From: a virus
Lineage: Duplodnaviria; Caudoviricetes
Virus record (IMG/VR): IMGVR_UViG_3300020201_000023
Coordinates: 1-55,743 of that record
Strand: one strand, 5' to 3'
Length of the DNA stretch: 55,743 nt
The translations under genes were made by a program, and so were the position numbers. The notes under the pieces are model-generated. The model worked only from the letters and a program-made list of their open reading frames with translations. It did no database searches and had not been told where the DNA came from. Below, piece by piece: positions 36,255 to 45,843 of the stretch (positions within the stretch are counted from its first letter, which is position 1; each line of letters starts with the position of its first letter).

Positions 36255-37226
36255 TCAGAGTACGCCCGCGTAGACGCTAGGCCAGCCGTAGCCGCCGATC
36301 TGGCCGTCCGCGAGCAGACCGAACGTGAACGAGTCATTCATGATGACGCTGTCGCTGTTCATGTCCGTGTTGATCTGCGACGTGGGCGCCATGCCCTCGA
36401 GCCACGCCAACGGCTTGACGCCGCCGGGAGCGTCGCCGACGAGGTACCAGTAATCGTCCTGCACACCCGACAAGCGGTTGTCGATGATGAGCGTGACGAC
36501 GCCGTTGTTGATGTTGGTGATGCCCGCCGCCGCGACGATGGTGCCAGTCTCCGCGCCCGCGTTGTTGACGTACGCGCCGCGGATGTCCGTGCCGGTGATC
36601 TCGAGTCCGACCTTGCGCAGTTTCGGCCCGACGACGAGGTAGCGCGGCGTGACGCCGTACGGGTCGCCGCCCTCGCGGACGTACGAGTTCATCGCCAGGT
36701 ACGCGGCGTCGAAGGTCTGCTGCGTCAGCGCCGACGTGGTGAGGTTGCTCTGCGTCGCGCCGGCCAGGCCGTTCGGGTGCGACGCCGAGAACAGCGCCAC
36801 GCCGTCGATGCCAAGCGGGCCAGCACCCGCGTTGCTCACGAGCGCCTGGTGCATGATGACGTCGCGGTAGCTCTGCGCTTGCGTGAGGTAGCGCGACACG
36901 CGGGACGAGATCAGTCCGATGTTGTCATACTGGAAATCGAGCCGCGGGATCTTGAGCAGCGGCGGCGTGTACCGCGTGAGCTCGAGTCGCAGCACGTAGG
37001 CGCGCGAGACGCCCGTCACGCGTGCGCCCTGCCACTCTTCCCACTGCCCGATGAAGTCGTCGGCCGCGAGAATCGCCGACTTGCCACCCGCAGGGATGGT
37101 GTCGGCGAAGATGTTGACCAGCGGGTCGTTGCCCGTGTTCACGAACATCTCGCCCACCTTCGTCTCGAAGGTGGTGACGATCGCGTTGAGCGCGTCCTGA
37201 TTGATTACGTGCGATGATTCGGCCAT
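36255..37226 (-). CDS. Major capsid protein (Mu gpT-like)
   Basis: DGVALFSASHP, GVTPRYLVVGPKL, YWYLV, KPL, GYGWP; RBS AGGAG. Confidence 0.88.
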   Translation of the reverse strand: MAESSHVINQDALNAIVTTFETKVGEMFVNTGNDPLVNIFADTIPAGGKSAILAADDFIGQWEEWQGARVTGVSRAYVLRLELTRYTPPLLKIPRLDFQYDNIGLISSRVSRYLTQAQSYRDVIMHQALVSNAGAGPLGIDGVALFSASHPNGLAGATQSNLTTSALTQQTFDAAYLAMNSYVREGGDPYGVTPRYLVVGPKLRKVGLEITGTDIRGAYVNNAGAETGTIVAAAGITNINNGVVTLIIDNRLSGVQDDYWYLVGDAPGGVKPLAWLEGMAPTSQINTDMNSDSVIMNDSFTFGLLADGQIGGYGWPSVYAGVL

Positions 37227-37262
37227 GTCTGATCTCCTGTTGTTTCTGTGTCAGCGGTCAGA

Positions 37263-37685
37263 TCAGATCGAGGCCGCCACGCGGACGGCGATCCATGCCT
37301 GAGTTGCGCTGACGAATTCGGTCACGTTGCCGACCTTGACGTCGTTCGTCGCGGCCGCAGCCGTGGTGACGCCATCGTTGTCGAAGATGACGGCGGGCGA
37401 GTTGACGACAGCCGCGAGCGTCGCGTTGCACGTCATCAACTCCTCGTGACCCCACTTGAAGTAGACGCGGGTGCCGGCGGGCGCGGCGGTGACGGTCTTG
37501 GTGCAGATTCCGACGAAGCCGCACGAGGCGGTGTCCGCGCCGTTGAGCGCGAGTCCGGTGGCGGTCGTGATCATCACGAGGGCGCCCTCGAAGATGGTCT
37601 GCGAGGTCGTGCACACTGCCGAGCCGTAGCTCGGGAATGCGTCATTGCGGGTGCGTCGTGCGGTGCTGATCGTGAGTACGGCCAT
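37263..37685 (-). CDS. Capsid decoration/cement protein
   Basis: TIFEGALVMI...FVGI...VKVGNV...AWIAV; between scaffold and capsid genes. Confidence 0.7.
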   Translation of the reverse strand: MAVLTISTARRTRNDAFPSYGSAVCTTSQTIFEGALVMITTATGLALNGADTASCGFVGICTKTVTAAPAGTRVYFKWGHEELMTCNATLAAVVNSPAVIFDNDGVTTAAAATNDVKVGNVTEFVSATQAWIAVRVAASI

Positions 37686-37716
37686 GGTCTATCTCCTGGT
37701 GAAATGCCGGCCGCGC

Positions 37717-39180
37717 TCAGGCGTCCGAGGTGCGAGTGGTGTGAGCGGTTTGGAGCGACTCGGCGCGCGCCAGTGCGGCGGCGCCCTTGAAGCCCTCGCC
37801 GCGCGCGATGTCGAGGAACATCGTGGACTGCGGAGTCGACGGCGCCGCGCTCAGCTTCGCGGGCGCTGCGGCCTTGTTGCCGGACGCGACCTGCCCGGCG
37901 GGCGGCAGCACGGGAGTCCGCGTGTCGTACGAGTCGAGCGCGATGGACTCGTCACGCGCCGACAGCGCCGTGAAAGTCGCGCGCTCGGACTCGCCCGCCT
38001 TGCCCTCGCCGAGCAGCCGCGAGAACGAAGCCGCGATGCGCGTCTCAGTCTCCGCTGCCGTGCGCTTGGCCAGGTCGGCCGTGAGCGTCGCAATCTGCGT
38101 CGCCTGCGCGTTGGCGCGGCCGGTGAGCTCCACGATGCGGCTGCGGTCTGCGTCGCGCGCGAGCGCTGCGGCGGCTGCCGGTGCGTCGGACGACGTGCCC
38201 GACGCATCGGTGCCCGACAGCAGCGCGACGAGCGCGTCGCCGTTGGCCTCGACGGCCGCGAGCAGCGCCGGTGCGTCCATGCCCGTCAGCGTCATCAGCT
38301 TGTCGACGAGCATCGCGGCGCCGGTGTCGACCTCTTCGGCGACGTCGTCGTAGACCATGCCGTCCATGAGCGCGAAGTGCTTTTTCACGACCGAGAGCGC
38401 GTGAGACATCTTCGCCTCGTCGCTCGGCGCGTCTGCCGCTGCCATCGCGGGCGGCGCTTCGTCGGCGAGGGCCGATGCGAGCGCAACGAGCGCGTCGAGC
38501 GTCGCCTTGATCTTCTCGGGCGAACTGCCCTTCTTCATGCCGAGCGCGGCGGATACCGCGTCGAGCACCTTGTTCGGATCGTTGGGGTTTGCCATGAGAG
38601 TCCTTTGCGTAGGTCGCGCGGGAGCCCCGACGCGAGAGAGTGTGATCGGCGTCATGCCGGGAAGAAACGGCGACGGCGTCAGGCCGATCTCGAAGATCTC
38701 GCCTCGGCCAGACGGCTCGCCGGTGACGCGGTCGATGGGCGCGAAGTCGATGACGACCGAGCAGAAGCGCTGCTTGCCGGTCTTGATCTTGTCGGCCGCG
38801 TCGTCGGTCCATTCGACCAGCGCCCACAGTTCGGCGCCGCGCACTTCGAACGCCTGAATCCATCCGGCGGCGTCGATCGCGTGGCCCATGTCGTGCCGCG
38901 GATGCCCGTAGAGAAACGGCACCGGCTGCTCGTCGGCGTCGAAGATTCGGATGACGTCCGCGAACACCTCGGCCGTGAACTCGAACGCGCCCATCGGGTG
39001 CCCGTGCCACTCCGACTCATACGCGCACTCGACCCACGACAGCGGCGCGGAGTCGGCGAGCACCTGGCACTTCATGCGCGCGCGGTCCGCGGGCGAGCCG
39101 GTGAACTTCGGGAGCACGCTGCCGCGGAGCGCAACAAGGCGTCGGCCGTCGAATGCGACAGCGGGTGAACGGTTGGCCAT
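37717..39180 (-). CDS. Prohead protease/scaffold (Mu gpI-like)
   Basis: FLYGH, AAGWI, LWALVEWT, RFCS, GLTPSPFLPGMTPI, then an Ala-rich scaffold region. Confidence 0.88.
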   Translation of the reverse strand: MANRSPAVAFDGRRLVALRGSVLPKFTGSPADRARMKCQVLADSAPLSWVECAYESEWHGHPMGAFEFTAEVFADVIRIFDADEQPVPFLYGHPRHDMGHAIDAAGWIQAFEVRGAELWALVEWTDDAADKIKTGKQRFCSVVIDFAPIDRVTGEPSGRGEIFEIGLTPSPFLPGMTPITLSRVGAPARPTQRTLMANPNDPNKVLDAVSAALGMKKGSSPEKIKATLDALVALASALADEAPPAMAAADAPSDEAKMSHALSVVKKHFALMDGMVYDDVAEEVDTGAAMLVDKLMTLTGMDAPALLAAVEANGDALVALLSGTDASGTSSDAPAAAAALARDADRSRIVELTGRANAQATQIATLTADLAKRTAAETETRIAASFSRLLGEGKAGESERATFTALSARDESIALDSYDTRTPVLPPAGQVASGNKAAAPAKLSAAPSTPQSTMFLDIARGEGFKGAAALARAESLQTAHTTRTSDA

Positions 39181-39199
39181 GCGGCCTCCTATCGGGTAG

Positions 39200-40189
39200 T
39201 CAGCGAACGAAGGACGAAGCGCCGAATCCCGGCGTCAGCTCGAAGCCGGCCGGGATGCTCGTCGAGATGACGATGCCCTCTTCGTCGACCTCCTCTTGCG
39301 AGTAGGTCACGACGCTGCACCGGCACTGAAAGCCGCACGGTGGGAACACACCGGCGAAGGTCGTGTCGTCCGCGCGCCACGTCACGCCGTCCATCGGCGC
39401 ATGCGTCGCGCGCACTCGCGTATCCTGCACCGTGCGGTACTGCCGATAAGGTCGCGCCGCGATGACGTCCGGCGACTGCATCTGCGCGTATCGACCGGCG
39501 CCGTACGCGCTCGCGACTTGCGTCCGATACACGTTCTCGAGGTAACTTGGGTCAGCCGGCGAGATGCCGAGCGCGACGGCGTCGGCGACCACCGCGTCGC
39601 GGAACTCGCGCAGAGTGCCGCCCTTCTCGAGCGTGCGTGTCAGTTGGTCGATCGCCGTCTGCGATATCGTGTCGAGTTGGTCGTCGCTGTAGATGGCCGC
39701 GCGCCGGCGGTACGCGCCGAGCACTTCGTCGAGCAGCGCCGGGTCTCCGCCGCGCGTGCGCCAGAACGCAACCGCCTCGGCGAACGACAGCCGCAGGAAC
39801 GCCGGCCGCATGTCGAGCGCGAGGAGCCGCGTACCAGCGTCAGGCGCGAGTTCGACGAGCCGCACGAACATTTGGCCCGCGAGGTCGGCGAGCACCATCG
39901 GCTCGTACGTGAGCGCCTCGATCGCCGCGTCGCCGCGGAACGTCTCGACGGCCGCGCGCACCGCCTCGGGTCCGCCCTCCGCCGCCGCCGCGATAGCCTC
40001 GCGCATCGGCGCGAAGGCGCCCACCGCGGCGATCGTCGTGCGTGCTGCTAGCTCGTAGGGCCGGCCGATCGTGGCACGCGCGCGAACCTGCGCGGGCTCG
40101 TCGGCGAGAGAGAGGACGTCGGCGAAGTCGGGGTGTGCGTCGACAAGGCCGGCATCCCACCCGCCGAGAGAGGCGATGTCGGGAAAGGG
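39200..40189 (-). CDS. Minor head protein (Mu gpF-like); start unclear, possibly reached by -1 frameshift from portal
   Basis: YLENVYRTQVASAYGAGRY, PYRQYRTVQDTRVRATH, FPPCGFQCRCSV. Confidence 0.85.
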   Translation of the reverse strand, partial: PFPDIASLGGWDAGLVDAHPDFADVLSLADEPAQVRARATIGRPYELAARTTIAAVGAFAPMREAIAAAAEGGPEAVRAAVETFRGDAAIEALTYEPMVLADLAGQMFVRLVELAPDAGTRLLALDMRPAFLRLSFAEAVAFWRTRGGDPALLDEVLGAYRRRAAIYSDDQLDTISQTAIDQLTRTLEKGGTLREFRDAVVADAVALGISPADPSYLENVYRTQVASAYGAGRYAQMQSPDVIAARPYRQYRTVQDTRVRATHAPMDGVTWRADDTTFAGVFPPCGFQCRCSVVTYSQEEVDEEGIVISTSIPAGFELTPGFGASSFVR

Positions 40190-41643
40190 GAAGCCGCGGG
40201 CGCCCCCCCGGACGCGGGCGTAGCAGGGGCCGCAGGCGTCGACGCTGCCGGAGTCGGCTCCGATGCGGACAGCGCCGAGAAGCCGTAGGCAGGCGCCGCC
40301 GTGGCGGGTACGTAGAACTGATCGCCGCCCTCGGCGAGAGGCGGGAGTCCGTTGCCCGCGAGCATCTGATCGTAAGTGACGCGGCCCGTCGCCGCGACAT
40401 GCGGCGTCACCGCGACGGCGTTGTCGAACACGCTCGCGATGACCGGCATCGGCACTGCCGGATCGAAGCGATTGTAGACCGCGATCGTGCGCGCGACGTC
40501 GCGAGTGAAACTCCCCCACATCAGCGTCGCGTCGAGCTCCGAGCCTTCGACGCGGATGCCGTCCTTGACCTCGTCGCTCGCGCGTGAGCCGTTCGGCCCG
40601 CTGCGCATCAGGTCGGGAGCGACGCCGATCGCCGTGGTAATCTCTTCGTTCGCCGCGTCACGCAGCGTCGACCAGATAGGCGTGCTGCCGCTGGCCTTCG
40701 GGTCATGCACCGTGAGCGTCGTCGCGCCGCTGAGCACAGCTACGGAGTCGGTCGTGATGCGCTGCGCGTCTTCGAGCAGTTCCTGCCGCTGCCCCTTCGT
40801 CGCGTCGGCGCTCGTCTGCACGACGAGCAGCGGATTACCGAAGCGCTCGGCCCCGATCAACCACATCGCCCAGCCGTTGATCTTGAACGCCCAGTAGTAG
40901 ATCGCCGCCTGGAACTCGCCCTGGTCCTGCGGACGCCCTTGCTCGGTCCACGGGATGTGCACGAGGAACCGCGCGCGCCTCTGCTCGGGCGTGTCGTCGC
41001 GGCAGTACGCCGGATCATCCTTCGAAGTCGTGACGGTGTTGATCCACGCGAGGTCGGCGTTTCTCACCGACAGCGTCCAGTCGCGCTCCCACCGCAGCTC
41101 GCGCGTGAGCACCTGCACAGGCGTCGGCAGCCATGCGCCCTTGCGCCGCTCCCATACGAGCTCGTGCACGGACACGCCCATGCCGACGGCGTCGAGCACG
41201 CGCATGAGCAGCGTCTCGAGGCCGTCGATGCCGACGAGCCAATCGGACATCATCTTCGCCAGGCGCTCGGCCTCCGCCTTGTGGCGCGGGTCCGTGTCCG
41301 GCGGCGCCTTGCACGTCCACGCGCGGCCCGCGACCGCGTTGCGCCGGATGCCGTATGCGCGCCTCACCGTGGGGTCGCGCTTCGCCTGCGTGATGAGGTC
41401 GGACCACATCTCGAGGCGGCCGAACTCGAGGTCACGCAGCGCCGCCGAAATGCGCGCAGGCGTGACGGGCTGTAGCGACTTGTTCGCGAGCTGATACAGG
41501 TCGCGCTGCCGCGTCACTTGACCGCGCGGCGCCTGCGCCTGCGTGACCTGTATGCCAGGCTGCGGCATCGGCTGCGCCTGGACAATGGCGAGCTTTGCCG
41601 GCGCAGTCGTGTGCGCGAGCGAGCGGCGGGCTTTGCGTGACAT
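40048..41643 (-). CDS. Portal protein (DUF935, Mu gp29-like)
   Basis: LDAVGMGVSVHELVW, FLVH, WLIGAERFGNP; follows terL. Confidence 0.88.
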   Translation of the reverse strand: MSRKARRSLAHTTAPAKLAIVQAQPMPQPGIQVTQAQAPRGQVTRQRDLYQLANKSLQPVTPARISAALRDLEFGRLEMWSDLITQAKRDPTVRRAYGIRRNAVAGRAWTCKAPPDTDPRHKAEAERLAKMMSDWLVGIDGLETLLMRVLDAVGMGVSVHELVWERRKGAWLPTPVQVLTRELRWERDWTLSVRNADLAWINTVTTSKDDPAYCRDDTPEQRRARFLVHIPWTEQGRPQDQGEFQAAIYYWAFKINGWAMWLIGAERFGNPLLVVQTSADATKGQRQELLEDAQRITTDSVAVLSGATTLTVHDPKASGSTPIWSTLRDAANEEITTAIGVAPDLMRSGPNGSRASDEVKDGIRVEGSELDATLMWGSFTRDVARTIAVYNRFDPAVPMPVIASVFDNAVAVTPHVAATGRVTYDQMLAGNGLPPLAEGGDQFYVPATAAPAYGFSALSASEPTPAASTPAAPATPASGGAPAASPFPTSPLSAGGMPALSTHTPTSPTSSLSPTSPRRFARVPRSAGPTS

Positions 41644-41654
41644 GAGCCCTCCGG

Positions 41655-43202
41655 CTATCGAGTATTCCAGCCGTGCGCCGATGGTCGGGCGCCGCCGTAC
41701 GTGTCGCGCAGGTCCGCCGTGCTTCGGCGTCCTGCGGTGGCGATCTCTGGCATGCTGTTTCCGGCGAGTTCGTCGTGCCCTGCCGCCGCTGCGTCGATGT
41801 CGTCGTCGTCTTCGTCGCCGCTGCCGGTGAACGAGGTCAGGTGGTCGATGAACTCTGCAAGCCACGGAGCGCCGGCCGGCAGAAGAACTCGACCACCGTT
41901 GTACGACTCGCTGAACGGCAGTGCGCGCACGAGTTTGTCGGCGACGGCTGCCATGATGTTGACGCCCGTGACGCCGGCCCCTTGGGGCGCTGGCGCCGTG
42001 AGGTAGTCAGTCGTTCCGCGTTCCGTGCCGGCGACGTACGCCCGTATGCGAGCCTGCGGGCGAGTCGCCTTCTTGGCGGCGATGCGCGCGCCGAACGCTG
42101 GCGCCGTGACATGCACGCTGATTCGGTCGCGGATGTAGTAACGCGCAGTCGGCCCGCGCCCCTCGCGCGCGAACTCGATCAACACGCTTGCATCGCTCGT
42201 CGTCTTGGCCGTGTAGGCGAAGTCCGCGCCGAATGCGTGCGGCATCTGGTCGAGCCGCTCGCGCATCGTGACAGGGTCGTAGGTGACGTATTCGTCGCGG
42301 AAGACCTGCGAGCCCTCGGGCCTCGGCGACCCCATGTACAGCGACCACCACGCGACGACGTTGGCCTTCTTCGCGGCCAGCAACTCACGCGAGAACTCGG
42401 CCTCCCAGAGCGGGTCGCCGTTGTCGTTCTCCGCGGGGAGGTGTACATGCTGAAAGGCTCGCGAGCCAGACAGCGACGAAGAGAGCTTGCCAGACTTCAG
42501 CAGCCCGATCAGGTCATGGACCATCCACCGTGTGTGCCAGACGAATATCGATGTCGAGTCGCGGGCGCGAGCCTCGACGACGTCAGTCCAGAACTCCGAC
42601 ACCACACGCTGCCACGCCTTGCTTCGCGCGTGCTTGCGGTCTGGGTACGGGTCATCGAGCAGGATGATGTCGGCAGGCCGGCCAGTGAATCCCTGCGCCA
42701 CACCGCATGCGACGACGCCGCCGCCGGCCGTCGTCGACCACTCGCCCTTGGCGTCCGTGTCGTCGCTGATCGCGACCCCTGCGTCGCGCGCCCACTGCCG
42801 CATCTTCGCCGACTTGGTCTCCGCCAGCGTCGCCGAGCTCGACGCGTAGACGATGCGCAGATGCGGGAAGCGCAGAAGCGTCGCGACTACCCACGCGCAA
42901 ACCGTGTCGGTTTTGGCGTGCTGCGGAGGTGCATGGCATGTGGCCCGCGTGGGGCGCACCCATGATTCCTCCAACACCGTGACCATCGGCGCGAGATGAT
43001 CGGGCCTGGTGTATCGGCTGTTTAGCCGAGGGATTAGGTCCATCGTCGACAGCGCAGCGAGCGGGTTCGACTCCGGCTTCGCCGCCGCTGCCGCCGCCTC
43101 CATCGCCGCAAGTTCCGCCCGCGCCATCTGCCGCAAGATGTTGCGCGGCGAGTCCGGCTTGGCGCGCGTCTTCGCGGCGATGCTCCGCGAGACGTAGCCC
43201 AT
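41655..43202 (-). CDS. terL: Terminase large subunit
   Basis: Walker A APPQHAKT, Walker B IILLDDPY, TRW, nuclease GADFA and DDDIDA. Confidence 0.92.
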   Translation of the reverse strand: MGYVSRSIAAKTRAKPDSPRNILRQMARAELAAMEAAAAAAKPESNPLAALSTMDLIPRLNSRYTRPDHLAPMVTVLEESWVRPTRATCHAPPQHAKTDTVCAWVVATLLRFPHLRIVYASSSATLAETKSAKMRQWARDAGVAISDDTDAKGEWSTTAGGGVVACGVAQGFTGRPADIILLDDPYPDRKHARSKAWQRVVSEFWTDVVEARARDSTSIFVWHTRWMVHDLIGLLKSGKLSSSLSGSRAFQHVHLPAENDNGDPLWEAEFSRELLAAKKANVVAWWSLYMGSPRPEGSQVFRDEYVTYDPVTMRERLDQMPHAFGADFAYTAKTTSDASVLIEFAREGRGPTARYYIRDRISVHVTAPAFGARIAAKKATRPQARIRAYVAGTERGTTDYLTAPAPQGAGVTGVNIMAAVADKLVRALPFSESYNGGRVLLPAGAPWLAEFIDHLTSFTGSGDEDDDDIDAAAAGHDELAGNSMPEIATAGRRSTADLRDTYGGARPSAHGWNTR

Positions 43203-43214
43203 GCGGTGACCTCG

Positions 43215-43711
43215 TCAGTCCGTAGTCTCGACGCGGACCTCGACGCGGTCGCAGTCGGTGATCCACATGCACATCACGCGGCCGTCGACCTCGCACTCGG
43301 CGAGGTGCTTCCACCCGTCAGCGCAGGCGACCGTCTCGGTGATGCGCCCGAACAGCGGCGAGAAGTGCTTCTTGTAGCGGACCCACTGGCCGACAGCGAA
43401 GCGCGGCGGCGCGGGTGGCGTTGCGTCGGCGATGGCGATGGCGATGGCGTTCATGGTGTCCGCCAAGCGGCGAACGACTTCGGCCAGTCCGCGCCGTACT
43501 CGATGCCCGCCGGACCGTCACCACCGGACGCCAACATTGGGCGCGGGTCGAACCACTCCGGCAGCCGCGCACGTACCTCGGCGCTCGCGTCGATCGTCAC
43601 CGACAGCGCGCGGATGTCGATCCTGCGGATCTCGCCGGCAAGGTCGTCGCCGTCGATCACCGCGCCTCCGCTGACGCTGTCCCACCTGACGGTCACAGGG
43701 TTCTTGGTCAT
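43215..43711 (-). CDS. Two small hypothetical genes (43215-43454, 43451-43711)
   Basis: Both starts are preceded by the same gcggacaccATG context. Confidence 0.55.
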
Positions 43712-43742
43712 GGTGTCCGCCCTCCTCAAGGCGTATCCCGTC

Positions 43743-43813
43743 GGCACACCATCTAGGAATCGAACCTAGCGAGTCAGGTTTTGGAGGCCCGACAGCGCCC
43801 AGCGCCTGATGTA
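43743..43813 (-). tRNA. Atypical tRNA-Trp(CCA)-like gene
   Basis: Minus strand: TACATCA/TGGTGTG acceptor, shortened D arm gcgc-tgg-gcgc, anticodon loop CT-CCA-AA, T arm ctagGTTCGATTcctag. Confidence 0.6.
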
Positions 43814-43960
43814 AAACTGCCCCAGAAGTATGCGCTGAGGCGCCGCCTTGAAGTCACGACCGTATCACGTCGTGCGATTGCGCGCCCGTCAATGCTGGAC
43901 CCGCCCGCGTCGCCGCGCGCGAATCCGTTACCGTGCCCACGCATGGCGGGTCGGCGTAAG

Positions 43961-44143
43961 TCAGTGCTGCGCCGGCACGTCGTCCGCAGGCGCGTCCAGC
44001 AGTTCGACCGCACGCGCACGCTCATCCGGCGACAGCGCGCGCCACGCGGAGACGTTGGCGGCAGCATCGGCGAGCACCCGCTCAGCGTCGCCACGCTCGC
44101 CGATGTAGCGCACGACTCGCCGCCAGAACGACGCGCGGCGCAT
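43961..44143 (-). CDS. Small hypothetical protein
   Basis: TGATG overlap with the upstream gene. Confidence 0.45.
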   Translation of the reverse strand: MRRASFWRRVVRYIGERGDAERVLADAAANVSAWRALSPDERARAVELLDAPADDVPAQH

Positions 44144-44649
44144 CAGTGCTGGACCTCCGCGCCATCAGCCGGCGCGTCGTCGTCCTCAGACAGCGCCGCC
44201 ATCAGCGCCGCGAAGTGCTCCGGCGGCAGCACGCGGCGGGCGACGACGATGACCGCCTGCGACGCGTCGTGCTGCGCCTTCACGATGACCGTCGTCGACG
44301 GCGCGAACATCTCCGGCGACACGCTCTCCATGAGCCGCACGCGCGCTTTCCAGTCGCGGACCTCGCAGCCCTCGAACCCCGGCTTCGACTCGAGGCGCAC
44401 TTCGTCGAAGAGCGCACCGAGCCCGACAGCCTGTGCGCGCGCGACCTCTTCGCAGAACGTTGCGTAAGGCTCCTGCCCCGTCGCGCCCCACTGCTGCCAC
44501 CGACTCAGGTCCGACGCCGTCACGCCTTCGATTGCCGCCGCGAGCGGAAGCGGCTTGCCGGTGCGCAACTGGACGCACACCGCCTCAATCATCGACGGCG
44601 TGCACTTCGTCGGTCGCCCGATGCGCGGTCGCAGCGCGTCAGCCATCAC
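44143..44649 (-). CDS. Terminase small subunit-like protein
   Basis: GRPTKCTP...HTH-like segment...DWKA..LME..PEMF; upstream of terL. Confidence 0.7.
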   Translation of the reverse strand: MMADALRPRIGRPTKCTPSMIEAVCVQLRTGKPLPLAAAIEGVTASDLSRWQQWGATGQEPYATFCEEVARAQAVGLGALFDEVRLESKPGFEGCEVRDWKARVRLMESVSPEMFAPSTTVIVKAQHDASQAVIVVARRVLPPEHFAALMAALSEDDDAPADGAEVQH

Positions 44650-44650
44650 G

Positions 44651-45192
44651 TCACCTCACAATCGGCTGCGGCTGCTCAAACTCGTTCGCATCGGACCAAT
44701 CCCGCGTCGGGCAGTGCGGCGCAGCGTCGCTTGCTGCGCATGCCGGCGAGTGCCCCGTGTTTTCGTCGCCACGCCGCTCATCGTGTCGGCCGCGGGAAGA
44801 GAGCCACTCCTGCGCATCCATCGGCCGATGGTCGTGCACGTCAGCCACGGTCGCCCGCCTTCGCTCGCAACGCCGCGTCGCGTGCCTCGATGAGCGCCGC
44901 GAACCGCCGCTGTTCCGCTTCCGGCCGCTGCGCCATCGCGCGCTGCACGAACGCGTCGATCTCCGCCGCGAGCGCCTTCACGCCGTCGTCCGGTTCCGCG
45001 TCAGCCATACGTGCCGCACCGGATATGCCGCGCAACCATCCACCGCACCCGCTCGCTCGCCCATCGCGCCGCGAAGTCGTCGCCGGCCTGCGCTGCCGCG
45101 GCGTGCTCACGCGTGAGCGCCGACAGCGCGCCGTAGTAGGACCGCATGCGCGCATCCGCCGCGTTCCAGTCGATCACGTCAGGTGTCGCCAT
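44651..45192 (-). CDS. Three small hypothetical genes (44651-44848, 44841-45008, 45001-45192)
   Basis: 8-bp overlaps; RBS GGAGG before the first gene. Confidence 0.45.
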
Positions 45193-45404
45193 GCTCGCCT
45201 CCACGACGCTGTCAGCGGTTGACGCGCTTGCACGCATCCTCGCCGCTCGGGTCGCCTCCTGCACCGCGTGAGTGCCGGTGGGGTGGTTCGTCGCCCCTCG
45301 CCCGCCGGTCCACCCCCAGGGTAGAGTTATGCCCTAGCCGCGGCGGTATGTCTCGTGTCAGAACGCGCCATCCGTTGCCATCCGTTGCCATCTCATGCCG
45401 CGGG

Positions 45405-45569
45405 CTACTTGCGCGCCTTCCACATCGCGAGCCCCTTTTCGAGCAGATGCCGCACCGCATCCGCCTGCGTGAACTGGATTCCGTGCGCCGACTCCATGCC
45501 GACCCGGTGCGCCTCGATTCGAGAGAGCAGCTCCGCCGATACGCGCACGGTCACTTTTTGGTCGTTCAC
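45405..45569 (-). CDS. Ribbon-helix-helix protein (54 aa, not in the ORF track)
   Basis: Manual translation: MNDQKVTVRVSAELLSRIEAHRVGMESAHGIQFTQADAVRHLLEKGLAMWKARK. Confidence 0.7.
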   Translation of the reverse strand: MNDQKVTVRVSAELLSRIEAHRVGMESAHGIQFTQADAVRHLLEKGLAMWKARK

Positions 45570-45618
45570 TCGCTACCGCCTTTCGCGCATCGTACTACAC
45601 CCGCCGCGCCCGTCCGAT

Positions 45619-45843
45619 TGGTCCGCGCACCCGGTACTTGATCCGGATGCGCGGAGTACTTCCCTTGGTTCGCCTTGCCGCGCCGCGCCTAGCCCGGCCT
45701 TGCCACGCCCAGCCTAGCCCGGCCGCGCCTGGCCATGATTGGTCGCTGGCGGAAGCATTGAACCTCCGCCAGCGGTACTACCCTTGGTTCGCCTTGCCAC
45801 GCCTCGCCAGGCCTCGCCATGCCACACCACGCCAAGCCTCGCC
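45619..45843 (-). ncRNA. Putative guide-RNA block 3: arrays A6 (45789-45843, 11 pentamers) and A7 (45670-45734, 13 pentamers), each followed by a tRNA-like minihelix
   Basis: (GGY-NN)n plus GGCGAACCAAGGG; hairpins at 45740-45774 and 45619-45654. Confidence 0.8.

Noticed and set aside
26323-39168. Long plus-strand ORFs (e.g. 26323-27930, 31584-32930, 37645-39168)
   Set aside because: Antisense shadows of real genes in high-GC DNA, Arg-rich and without motifs.
34330-41643. Transposable Mu-like prophage
   Set aside because: No MuA/MuB genes and no host DNA at the ends; the genome is circularly permuted with DnaB-based replication.
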